Below, one piece after another: positions 39,265 to 47,529 of a stretch of 64,000 bases of DNA. Where the stretch lies: assembly GCA_049366795.1 (NCBI GenBank), contig JBMNCP010000062.1, forward strand, positions 6,201 through 70,200, in the 5' to 3' direction. How positions within the stretch are numbered: position 1 is the stretch's first letter; each line of letters opens with the position of its first letter. A program made the position numbers and the translations under genes. The notes under the pieces were generated by a model, which saw only the letters and a program-made list of their open reading frames with translations, was not told the origin of the DNA and did no database searches. The stretch is from Desulfobacterales bacterium (lineage in GTDB: Bacteria; Desulfobacterota; Desulfobacteria; Desulfobacterales; UBA5852).

Positions 39265-40058
39265 TCGTCGCCGAGCACCTGAGAAAGATATTCAACCGCG
39301 GCGGCGTCAACGAAGCCACAGCCCTGGACGATCTCTCCATTCACGTCGAGAAGGGAGAATTCGTGACGATCATCGGCTCCAACGGAGCCGGAAAGTCGAC
39401 CCTTCTCAACTGCCTGGCCGGCACCTATCCGGTGGAAGGGGGAACGATCCGGCTCGATGGCCGTGACGTCACTTCATGGCCGGAGTATCGCCGTGCGAGG
39501 TATCTGGGGCGCGTCTTCCAGGATCCGCTGGTCGGCACCAGCGCTTCCCTCACGATCGAGCAGAATCTGGCGCTGGCAGTCAAGAGAGGCCGGAGAAGAG
39601 GGTTGCGCATCGGCGTCAGAAACGCCCACCGGGATCTGTTCCGGGCGCAGCTTTCGGTCCTGGGGCTGGGGCTCGAAGATCGCTTGAAGCTGAGCGTTGG
39701 CCTGCTTTCCGGAGGTCAGCGCCAGGCGCTCACCATGGTGATGGCAACGCTCATCCGCCCCAAGCTGCTCCTGCTGGACGAGCACACGGCCGCCCTGGAC
39801 CCGAAAACGGCGCGCCAGATCCTCGAACTGACCCGGGAAATCATCGATGGCCGCCGATTGACGGCCCTCATGGTCACGCACAACATGCACCACGCCCTCG
39901 ACCTGGGGAACCGTTTGATCATGCTCCACAGGGGGAGAATCATTCTGGACATCCGCGGGGCCGAAAAAGCGAATACCTCCGTCGACGATCTGCTCGAAAG
40001 ATTTTACTCGCAGCAGGGAGAATCGTTCGCGACCGACCGGGGGTTGCTTTCCGGATAG
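39261..40058 (+). CDS. ABC transporter ATP-binding protein
   Basis: Walker A GSNGAGKST, signature LSGGQRQAL, Walker B LLLDEHTAALDP. ATGA overlap with the permease gene. Confidence 0.9.
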   Translation: MIVAEHLRKIFNRGGVNEATALDDLSIHVEKGEFVTIIGSNGAGKSTLLNCLAGTYPVEGGTIRLDGRDVTSWPEYRRARYLGRVFQDPLVGTSASLTIEQNLALAVKRGRRRGLRIGVRNAHRDLFRAQLSVLGLGLEDRLKLSVGLLSGGQRQALTMVMATLIRPKLLLLDEHTAALDPKTARQILELTREIIDGRRLTALMVTHNMHHALDLGNRLIMLHRGRIILDIRGAEKANTSVDDLLERFYSQQGESFATDRGLLSG

Positions 40059-40215
40059 TTAAGCTAGTTAGGATAGTTATGTTAGTTGAGATAGTTATGT
40101 TAGTTGAGATAGTTATGTTAGTTAAGATAGTTAAGTTAGTTAAGTTAGTTTAGATAGTTGAGTTAGTTTAGATAGTTGAGTTAGTTTAGATAGTTTAGAT
40201 AGTTTGGTTAGTTTG
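40054..40215. repeat. Tandem array E: 18 consecutive 9-bp units G(A/T/C)TAGTTNN
   Basis: Read directly: GATAGTTAA GCTAGTTAG GATAGTTAT GTTAGTTGA ... GATAGTTTG GTTAGTTTG. Contains three tandem 18-bp GATAGTTATGTTAGTT(G/A)A copies; the third differs at one base. The first unit contains the TAG stop of the ABC ATPase gene. Confidence 0.95.
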
Positions 40216-40272
40216 GTCCTTTTCACTGGACAAATCCTCGACCCGATCCCGATGGGGATTGATTCTCCCTGG

Positions 40273-40292
40273 CGAAACGATTCCGTTGGCGT
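40273..40292. repeat. Dispersed intergenic repeat, copy 2 (20-nt identical core)
   Basis: CGAAACGATTCCGTTGGCGT is identical to 14339-14358. It lies about 60 nt after array E. Confidence 0.85.
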
Positions 40293-40348
40293 CGGTGGTT
40301 CCTCCCGTCACAAGCGCGTGCGGTTCGGAAATCAGACTCCTTCCAACC

Positions 40349-41722
40349 TCAATTCTTCAGGCTGTGAATCGGCGCGGGGATTCGTCCGCCGTGCTGCATG
40401 AATGCGTTTGCGGCGGAACCGTTTCGCACCGGGATGATCGTTGCCTCCCCCAGCAGGCCGCCGAAAGAGGCCTGGTCGCCCGCGGCCTTGCCGGGGACGG
40501 GGATCAGCCGCGCGGCGGTGGTCTTGCAATTGATGACGCCGATTGCCATCTCATCGGCGATGATGGCGGCCAGGGTTTCCGCCGAGGTGTCGCCCGGAAG
40601 CGCGATCATGTCCAGGCCCACTGAGCACACGCTGGTCAGGGCTTCGAGTTTCTCCAGGCTGAGATAGCCCCGGGCGGCCGCGTCGGCGATATTGAGATCC
40701 TCGCTGACCGGAATGAAGGCGCCGCTCAGCCCGCCCACGTGCGAGCTGGCGAAGGCCCCGCCTTTTTTCACCGCGTCGTTCAGCATGGCCAGCACGGCCG
40801 TGCTGCCCGGAACGCCGATGCGTTCGAGCCCCAGGCTCTGAAAAATCTCCCCGACGCTGTCCCCGATGTTGGGCGTGGGGGCAAGGCTCAAGTCCACGGC
40901 GCCGAACTCGATGCCCAGAGAATCGGCCACCTCGCGGCCGATCAGTTCTCCGACCCGCGTGACCCGGCATGCCGTTTTCTTGATGAGTTCGGAAATCTCC
41001 CCCAGGTCCATGCCGGGCTTCATCTCGAGCGCCCGGTCGATGGCCTTTTTGACCACGCCGGGCCCGCTAACGCCGACATTGATGACCGCATCGGGTTCCC
41101 CTATGCCGAGATAGGCACCCGCCATGAAGGGAATGTCCGGGGGAATGTTGGCAAAAACGCACAGCTTGGCGCAGGCGATGCCGTCGCGATCGGCCGTGAG
41201 CGCCGCCGACTCCTTGAGAATGCTGCCCATCATCAACACGGCATCCATGTTGATGCCGGCCCGGGTGGAGGCGACGTTGACCGAGGCGCAGACCCGATCG
41301 GTCTCCGCCAGTGCCGTGGGCATCGCCTCGAGAAGTGCCCGGTCCCCCTTCGTGAATCCCTTCTCCACCAAAGCGGAGTAGCCTCCGATGAAATCCACGC
41401 TCACCGATTCGGCCGCCTCGTCGAGCGTGCGGGCAACGGCCACCATTTCCTCAGCGCCCTGGTTTCCCGCGAAAACGGCCACCGGACTGACTGAGATTCG
41501 CTTGTTGACCACCGGGACGCCGTACTTGTCGCCGATGCGGTTGCACACCGGCACCAGGCGGCGGGAGAGGGTGCGGATCTTTTCCTTGATGTTGGCCCGG
41601 AGGCGGGCGGGGTTCTCGCTGGCGCAGTCCATCAGGCTGATGCCCAGCGTTACGGTTCTCAGATCGAGATGCTCGCTTTGGACCATCTCCAGGGTGGAGA
41701 GAATTTCATTTTGTGTCAGCAT
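40349..41722 (-). CDS. UPF0210 / DUF711 family protein
   Basis: 457 aa. MLTQNEILSTLEMVQSEHLDLRTVTLGISLMDC and the overall length match the UPF0210 family, from recollection. Confidence 0.75.
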   Translation of the reverse strand: MLTQNEILSTLEMVQSEHLDLRTVTLGISLMDCASENPARLRANIKEKIRTLSRRLVPVCNRIGDKYGVPVVNKRISVSPVAVFAGNQGAEEMVAVARTLDEAAESVSVDFIGGYSALVEKGFTKGDRALLEAMPTALAETDRVCASVNVASTRAGINMDAVLMMGSILKESAALTADRDGIACAKLCVFANIPPDIPFMAGAYLGIGEPDAVINVGVSGPGVVKKAIDRALEMKPGMDLGEISELIKKTACRVTRVGELIGREVADSLGIEFGAVDLSLAPTPNIGDSVGEIFQSLGLERIGVPGSTAVLAMLNDAVKKGGAFASSHVGGLSGAFIPVSEDLNIADAAARGYLSLEKLEALTSVCSVGLDMIALPGDTSAETLAAIIADEMAIGVINCKTTAARLIPVPGKAAGDQASFGGLLGEATIIPVRNGSAANAFMQHGGRIPAPIHSLKN

Positions 41723-41789
41723 GGATCGTCACCATCTACGACGGGGTTGAGGAGTGAAAACGCGTTGCCGGCATTCATGGAGGGTAGGC

Positions 41790-42344
41790 TCAGATACGGT
41801 TCAACACCTTGAAGATCTCCCGGTGTTGAATACTGATCTTCAGCCTGAGTTTTTCGGATCGACTTTTCAGATCCGCAAAAAGGGCATCGTGATCCGCCCG
41901 GCGTGGAATATCCACTTCGTAAATCATGATGTTGGCCGTGGGATCGTCTCCACCCTTGAATAGCGCTTGAAGATTGGTGATGTTGACCCCGTGATGGGCG
42001 AGAACGGCGCTGATTTCCGCCACCAGACCCTTCCGGTCGGGGCCGCGGGTGGTGATGACGAAGGGATCGGCCTCCGGCGCGGAGGAGGGGGCTTCCAGCG
42101 CCGCCATCGGTTGAACGTGCACCTGAAGCCCCATGGAGGAAAGCCGTTCCGCGAGGGCATCTTCGATCGTCGAAGGCGCCAGGCGGTCCGGTATGGCCGC
42201 AATGAAGATCCCGGCAAAACAGGACTGCAAGGTCGTCTGACTCACGTTCTCGATATTGCTTTCATGCTCGAGGAGGACGCGGGAGACGGCGGCGATGATG
42301 CCCGGGCGGTCCTGGCCCAGTACGGAGATGATGATCTTGCTCAT
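41790..42344 (-). CDS. Tandem ACT-domain protein (glycine-cleavage-regulator-like)
   Basis: Two ACT-type repeats: IIISVLGQDRPGIIAAVSRVL and FVITTRGPDRKGLVAEISAVLAHHGVNI. Confidence 0.75.
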   Translation of the reverse strand: MSKIIISVLGQDRPGIIAAVSRVLLEHESNIENVSQTTLQSCFAGIFIAAIPDRLAPSTIEDALAERLSSMGLQVHVQPMAALEAPSSAPEADPFVITTRGPDRKGLVAEISAVLAHHGVNITNLQALFKGGDDPTANIMIYEVDIPRRADHDALFADLKSRSEKLRLKISIQHREIFKVLNRI

Positions 42345-43369
42345 GGATTCGGTCCGGTATGCGGTCTGAGTATGCCGCGCCCGGCCTCGGTAATCCGGCT
42401 GACGCCCGTCAATACCATGGCTGAGAGCAGTTCCGACTTGATCTGGTCGATGTAGGCGTGGACGCCTTCCTTGAGCCCGCCCATGACAGCCACGGAGAAC
42501 GGGCGGCCGATCATGACCGCATCGGCCCCGAGGGCGATCATTTTCAGGACATCCGCCCCCGAGCGGACACCGCCGTCGGCCAGGATCGCCACCTGGCCCT
42601 TGACGGCGTCTGCAATCTCCGGCAGCACTTCCGCGGAGCCGGGCGTGTGGTCCAACACCCGGCCCCCGTGGTTGGAGACCACAATGGCCGCAGCTCCCGC
42701 ATCGACGGCAAGCTTCGCCTGGTCCACGGTCATGATGCCCTTGAGGATGAAGCGGGCGGACACCCGGCGAATGATCCCGGCGAGTTTCTCGACAGGCTTG
42801 GGCGTTACCGGCCGTCCCATGAGTTTCAAGGTGATGAGTCCGGCGGCATCGATGTCCATTCCGATGACGTCCGCTCCGGTTTCGAGCGCCTTCTCCAATT
42901 TCGGGAAGAGTTCGTCATCCTCCCAGGGTTTGATGAACGGAATTCCCTTTCCGTCGACGGATCGGATGGCGTCAAAGCCTGCTTCGTGAATGAAGGGAGG
43001 GACGCCGTCGCCGGTGCAGCCGACGATGCCTTTCTCGTGGCACCCCTGAAGCTTGGCGGTGATGTAATCCACTTCGGATACCTTGCCGCCCATGTTGAAC
43101 GAGACCCCGCCGATGGGCGCAGCCATCACCGGCAGGTCCAGGTCCATTCCCAGCAGTTCGACGCGGGTGTCAGGTGCGTCGACGCCGTGAATCAGGCGCA
43201 TGTTGAATCGCCAGCCTGCGAGCGCATCAAGATTGGCGCGGAAGGAGGCGCCGGTTCCGATTCCGCCCATCCCCGGCACTTCACCCGCGCAGACACGCCC
43301 GTTGCAAACCGGGCAGACCCTGCAGAAACCCTGCATCCGTTCTCTCGCTTTCGCCTTGACCGCCTTCAT
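42341..43369 (-). CDS. FMN-dependent alpha-hydroxy-acid dehydrogenase/oxidase family protein with an N-terminal Cys cluster
   Basis: TIM-barrel FMN motifs (AAIVVSNHGGRVLD, ILADGGVRSGADVLKMIALGADAVMIGR). N-terminal CRVCPVCNGRVC. Preferred start MKAVKAK (ATG 43369). Overlaps the ACT gene start. Confidence 0.8.
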   Translation of the reverse strand: MKAVKAKARERMQGFCRVCPVCNGRVCAGEVPGMGGIGTGASFRANLDALAGWRFNMRLIHGVDAPDTRVELLGMDLDLPVMAAPIGGVSFNMGGKVSEVDYITAKLQGCHEKGIVGCTGDGVPPFIHEAGFDAIRSVDGKGIPFIKPWEDDELFPKLEKALETGADVIGMDIDAAGLITLKLMGRPVTPKPVEKLAGIIRRVSARFILKGIMTVDQAKLAVDAGAAAIVVSNHGGRVLDHTPGSAEVLPEIADAVKGQVAILADGGVRSGADVLKMIALGADAVMIGRPFSVAVMGGLKEGVHAYIDQIKSELLSAMVLTGVSRITEAGRGILRPHTGPNP

Positions 43370-43557
43370 GCATTTCCTTTCCGTTGGTTGTCTCCGTTGG
43401 GAGCCTTGTGGTATGAGGCCATCGTTGGAGATAATCACTCCCGATTGGGGGAAAGTTGAGCCGGTAGGTATCGTTTAGAAGGTGGATACTACCCACGCGC
43501 ATGCCGATGGGCGCTGACTGTCTTACTTATTCAAAAGTCCCAACGACCCCAACGATC

Positions 43558-43680
43558 TTAACCATTTTAACTATCCTAACTAACTTAACTAACCTAACTA
43601 TCTTAACTAACTTAACTATCCTAACTAACTTAACTATCCTAACTAACTTAACTATCTTAACTAACTAAACTATCTTAACC
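43558..43680. repeat. Tandem array F: ~13 units of 9-bp NNAACTA(T/A)C, the reverse complement of array E units
   Basis: TTAACTATC CTAACTAAC TTAACTAAC CTAACTATC ... TAAACTATC TTAACC. TTAACTATC is the exact reverse complement of the GATAGTTAA unit in array E. Confidence 0.95.
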
Positions 43681-43724
43681 GTACTACCCGCTCCGACCGC
43701 CATACAAACCAGAAGGACCCGTAA

Positions 43725-44564
43725 ATGTCAAAGCAAAACATGATGCAGATCGTGCGGGACCACAAAACCATGTTCGTGGTCATCGGGGTCTGCCTTCTGT
43801 TGATCGAAATCGAGATTTTTGCCATCGCCGCGATGAAATCAGGCCGGAAGTCCACCATCCAGGTACTCACCCCGGAAGGCTCCGTGATCTACGAGGCGGA
43901 CGGCTCCAATCTGAGCCAGTTCGACAAATACTATTTCGAGCAGAATTTCGGCCCTCTCGACCGGTACGAACTCCGACTCGCAACGCGCGAGGTGCCGTTC
44001 CCGTTCCGGGCATGGTTCGTGGCGGCGTTCGGAATTCCGATCGGCGCCATGCTGCTGTTCGCCTTCCTGGTGAAGGCCTTCCTTGCCGTCTTCTACGGCG
44101 AGTCGCCGGAAACACCTCCGAGGGCCGATTCGCCGGATGACCGGAACCGCCGGGAGAGCACCCGCCTCGAGCGTCTCCTGCTGCGGCTGAGCCGCTACAA
44201 CATCTTCATCATCGGCTTCCTCATTCTGGTCGGCATTTTCGCCTACTGGGTGGTACCCAACCTCATCACCCACCTCGGACGGGTCGGCATCGAGACGCTG
44301 AGCCGCTTTAAATGGGGATTTCTCGGTCTCGGCGCCGTTGTGCTCGGGCTGCTGGTCTGGATCATCTACCTGCGGTTTCTCCTCGCCAGGAAATCACTGG
44401 AAAGCCAGACCGAGTTGGAGCGCTACCGGCTCGAGCTCGAATATCGGTCCGGGAACCGGGATGAAAAACTTCTGACGGACGGCAGCCCGGACCGTCCCCT
44501 TGTCGAATGGACCCCGCCGGTTGGCCGTCCGGATCCCGAATCCCGGAAGGATCGCCCGATATGA
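43725..44564 (+). CDS. Hypothetical membrane protein
   Basis: 279-aa ORF with about 4 predicted hydrophobic helices. ATGA-coupled to the downstream DHH-CBS gene. Confidence 0.6.
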   Translation: MSKQNMMQIVRDHKTMFVVIGVCLLLIEIEIFAIAAMKSGRKSTIQVLTPEGSVIYEADGSNLSQFDKYYFEQNFGPLDRYELRLATREVPFPFRAWFVAAFGIPIGAMLLFAFLVKAFLAVFYGESPETPPRADSPDDRNRRESTRLERLLLRLSRYNIFIIGFLILVGIFAYWVVPNLITHLGRVGIETLSRFKWGFLGLGAVVLGLLVWIIYLRFLLARKSLESQTELERYRLELEYRSGNRDEKLLTDGSPDRPLVEWTPPVGRPDPESRKDRPI

Positions 44565-45880
44565 ATCCCGATACCGATCTCCTGCAGATTGCCACGACCC
44601 ACCGCAACTGTGATTTCGATGGACTGGCTTCCGTGGTCGCCGCCACGCTCCTGTATCCAGGCGCCGTGCCGATCGTCCCGACCGCCGTCAATGCCAATGT
44701 GAAGGCCTTTCTCTCCTTTCACAAGGACATGCTGGACGTCAGGGCGCCGGATGATGTGGATCTCCAGAAAGTCGGCCGCCTCATCGTACTGGATACGGCC
44801 CGGTGGGACCGGCTGGACCGGATGTCGCCGCTGGAGAACAAACCGGGGCTCGAAATCGTGCTGTGGGACCATCACTCGGATGTGGGAACCATCGAGGCCG
44901 CTTCCGCCGTTACGGAAGTGATCGGCGCTACGATAACGCTTCTGATTCGGGAGTTGAGGCGCCTGAAAATCCCGCTGACGCCGATGATGGCCACCCTTTT
45001 TCTGTGCGGGATCTACGAGGACACCGGCAACCTGACCTTTACGTCGACGACCGCCGAAGACGCTTACGCGGCCGGATGGCTTTTGGAGCAGAAGGCCGAC
45101 CTTCACGTGCTGGAGCGGTTTCTCCGCCCCGCCTACGGTCAGAAGCAGAAGGAGGTTCTGTTCCAAATGCTTCAGAAGGCCGAGCGGGGGACCGCCCGCG
45201 GGCACTCGATCAGCATCTGCAGCATCGACGTGACCGGGCATGTGGGCAGCCTTGCCATCGTGGTCCGGATGTACAAGGACATCGTCAACGTGGATGCGGC
45301 GATCGGCATCTTCAGGGACACGGCCGGCGATCGCTGCATCGTCATCGGCCGCAGCCAGCCCGATACGATCGACATGGGGGTGCTGATGCGGGCGCTCGGC
45401 GGCGGGGGACACGCAGGGGCGGCCTCCGCGCTCGTCAAGGGGGCCCGCCCCGAGGCCATCGAGGAGATGATCCTTTCCCTGATTTACGGAAACCAACAGG
45501 CGTCGGTTCAGATGAGCGACCTCATGTCGTTTCCGGTCGTTGCCGTCACTCCGGACACCTCCATGGACCAGGTCGCGAAAGTGCTTCGAAGCCGGGGGTT
45601 CACCGGGCTTCCGGTCATGGACGACGGACGTCTGGTGGGAATGATTTCACGCCGCGATTTTCGCAAGGTGCGGAAGGAATCGCAGCTCAAGGCGCCCGTG
45701 AAGGCCTTCATGGCGACGAAAATCATAACCATCGAACCGGGGGCGAGCCCGCTCCAGGCGGCCCATCTCATGGTGAAGCACGATATCGGGCGGCTCCCGG
45801 TGGTAGAAAACGACCGGGTCATCGGAATCGTCACCCGCTCGGATTCCATGACCTACTTTTACGATCTGCTGCCGGATTGA
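44561..45880 (+). CDS. DHH/DHHA1 phosphoesterase domain fused to a CBS pair
   Basis: DHH motifs NCDFDGLAS, VLWDHHSD and DHHA1 LGGGGHAGAAS. The C-terminus carries two CBS repeats (MSFPVVAV...LPVMDDGRLVGMISRRD; IITIEP...LPVVENDRVIGIVTRSD). Confidence 0.8.
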   Translation: MNPDTDLLQIATTHRNCDFDGLASVVAATLLYPGAVPIVPTAVNANVKAFLSFHKDMLDVRAPDDVDLQKVGRLIVLDTARWDRLDRMSPLENKPGLEIVLWDHHSDVGTIEAASAVTEVIGATITLLIRELRRLKIPLTPMMATLFLCGIYEDTGNLTFTSTTAEDAYAAGWLLEQKADLHVLERFLRPAYGQKQKEVLFQMLQKAERGTARGHSISICSIDVTGHVGSLAIVVRMYKDIVNVDAAIGIFRDTAGDRCIVIGRSQPDTIDMGVLMRALGGGGHAGAASALVKGARPEAIEEMILSLIYGNQQASVQMSDLMSFPVVAVTPDTSMDQVAKVLRSRGFTGLPVMDDGRLVGMISRRDFRKVRKESQLKAPVKAFMATKIITIEPGASPLQAAHLMVKHDIGRLPVVENDRVIGIVTRSDSMTYFYDLLPD

Positions 45881-45991
45881 TGTGACGGTGTACCGACGCG
45901 CCGCGGGTCCGGCAGCCGAAACCGATGGATCGTCGCGAGGTTCCGGGTTCGAAGGGAGGCGGTGCCGGACGTAACCGGGCCGGGGCCGGGT

Positions 45992-46546
45992 TCAGCCGAT
46001 GCGGCTCCGGTAGTCCTGAACGATTCGTTCGATTCGGCCCCGAATGAACTCTGCCAGGTCTTCCGCCTCGCTCCTCGTCATGATTTGGATGGTTTCGGCC
46101 AGTTCGGCAATGCGATCGTCGGGAATGTCGGTGGTCTTGTTGATCATGAAGTCGTCGACCTCCCCGTCTTCCAGCAGCCGGCCGCAGCCGCCGGCCGCGC
46201 CCAGAAACTCCCCGTCGACGAAGATCGGCACCACGATCTTGATCAGCCCCGCGTCGCACTCCTCGATGATAAAGTTCTTCGTGTTCTGCGCCATGGCGGC
46301 CATGTTCTGGTGGGCGACGGCGCAGATGTAGGTCTGGCCTTTTCCAGTCGCCCGGATCTCGGAGCAAAGCTCGCCGGTCGGGGCACTTTTTCCGCTGATG
46401 CCGATACCGTCGATATCGTAGACGCGGGCGCGCATCCCGGAGCGCTGGCGGATTTCCTCCTCCAGCTTCCCCCAATTTTCCGCGGGTTGCAGATCCGTCA
46501 ACAGCATGGATCGGTCTCCTTTCGCTGTCCTTCTGATTTGAGCCAT
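45992..46546 (-). CDS. Stand-alone PocR sensory-domain protein
   Basis: ~170-184 aa. Cys/His pattern ...CSEIR...YICAVAHQN...ECDAGLIKIVVPIFVDGEFLGAAGGCG is consistent with a PocR ligand-binding domain. The start is at 46546 or 46507; both overlap the oleD 3' end. Confidence 0.6.
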   Translation of the reverse strand: MAQIRRTAKGDRSMLLTDLQPAENWGKLEEEIRQRSGMRARVYDIDGIGISGKSAPTGELCSEIRATGKGQTYICAVAHQNMAAMAQNTKNFIIEECDAGLIKIVVPIFVDGEFLGAAGGCGRLLEDGEVDDFMINKTTDIPDDRIAELAETIQIMTRSEAEDLAEFIRGRIERIVQDYRSRIG

Positions 46547-47529
46547 TCTTCCAGCAGCCGCAGCCCCTGGTCAATGGAGACCGCCGGATCGTAGCCGAGG
46601 TCCCTCCTGGCGGCCCCGATGTCGAACCAGTGGCTGGTGGCGAGTTCCTCGGCGACGAATCGGGTCATCGGGGGTTCGCCGGGCAGTCGGAAGGTCCGAT
46701 AGGCCCATTCCATTGTTGCCCCCAGTCGCCGCGCCGCGGCGGTCGAAATGCTTCGTCTGACCGGCGGCATACCGCCGGCGGAAAGAATGCCGTCCACCAT
46801 CTTCCAGAGCTGGATGGGCTGTCCGTTGGAGACGAAATAGACGCGTCCGCTGAGCGAGGGGGTTTCCGCCAGTCGGTGGAGCGCCAGCAGGTGGGCGTCA
46901 GCGGCATTGTCGATGTAAACGGTGTCGACCCGGTTCATGCCGTTTCCGACCCGGACCAGCCGCCGCCCCCGTGCCAGGATCCGCGGAACGAGATGGTTGT
47001 CGCCCGGCCCCCAGATGAGATGGGGACGCAGACAGATCGTCCGGAGTTCATCGCTCGCGGCCTCCCGGACGGCCGTTTCCGCAAGCGCCTTGCTGGCGGG
47101 GTAGGGGGCGTGGAATTGCCGCGCCAGGGGAACGGATTCGTCCACGCCTTCCATGTCCAATCCGTCGAAGACCACGCTGGGGGAGCTCGTGTAGACCAGG
47201 CGGTTGACGCCCGCGGCCCGGCAGGCGGCGATGACATTGAGGGTGCCTTCCGTGTTCGTCCGGTGGTAGGCTTCCCACGGCCCCCACACGCCGGCTCTTG
47301 CGGCCGTATGAACGACGGCGTCAACACCTTCGACGGCTGTCTTCACCGCATCGGGGTCCGCAATATCTCCCGCGATCTGCTCGACCCCGAGGGCGTCGAG
47401 AGCGGAATGACGCCGCCTGGAAAAGCTGCGGAGCCGGTGGCCGTGCTTCAGGAGCTTTTGGACAATCGCGCCGCCCAGGAATCCGCCGCCCCCGGTGACC
47501 AGAATCGTTTCCGCACCATGGATTCGCAT
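46498..47529 (-). CDS. oleD: OleD: NAD(P)H-dependent 2-alkyl-3-ketoalkanoate reductase (3-beta-HSD/epimerase family)
   Basis: Rossmann motif VTGGGGFLGGAIV and catalytic YPASK. The start codon directly abuts the oleC stop. Position in the oleABCD order supports the call. Confidence 0.8.
   Translation of the reverse strand: MRIHGAETILVTGGGGFLGGAIVQKLLKHGHRLRSFSRRRHSALDALGVEQIAGDIADPDAVKTAVEGVDAVVHTAARAGVWGPWEAYHRTNTEGTLNVIAACRAAGVNRLVYTSSPSVVFDGLDMEGVDESVPLARQFHAPYPASKALAETAVREAASDELRTICLRPHLIWGPGDNHLVPRILARGRRLVRVGNGMNRVDTVYIDNAADAHLLALHRLAETPSLSGRVYFVSNGQPIQLWKMVDGILSAGGMPPVRRSISTAAARRLGATMEWAYRTFRLPGEPPMTRFVAEELATSHWFDIGAARRDLGYDPAVSIDQGLRLLEEWLKSEGQRKETDPCC

Noticed and set aside
39476-40153. 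225-aa ORF ending in IVKLVRIVMLVEIVMLVEIVMLVKIVKLVKLV
   Set aside because: It is an alternative frame of the ABC ATPase gene that reads through 9-mer array E. The repetitive peptide is simply the translation of the DNA tandem repeat.
40054-40215. Possibility that the tandem arrays (E, F, A-D) are CRISPR arrays
   Set aside because: The units are 7-9 bp and directly abutting, with no unique spacers. There are no cas genes. The structure is microsatellite or iteron-like, not CRISPR.
44561-45880. Calling the DHH/DHHA1-CBS protein a c-di-AMP phosphodiesterase partner of the cdaA fusion
   Set aside because: DHH/DHHA1 domains act on many substrates (nanoRNA, pAp, c-di-AMP). The gene is 15 kb from cdaA in an unrelated operon, and no sequence evidence discriminates between these activities.
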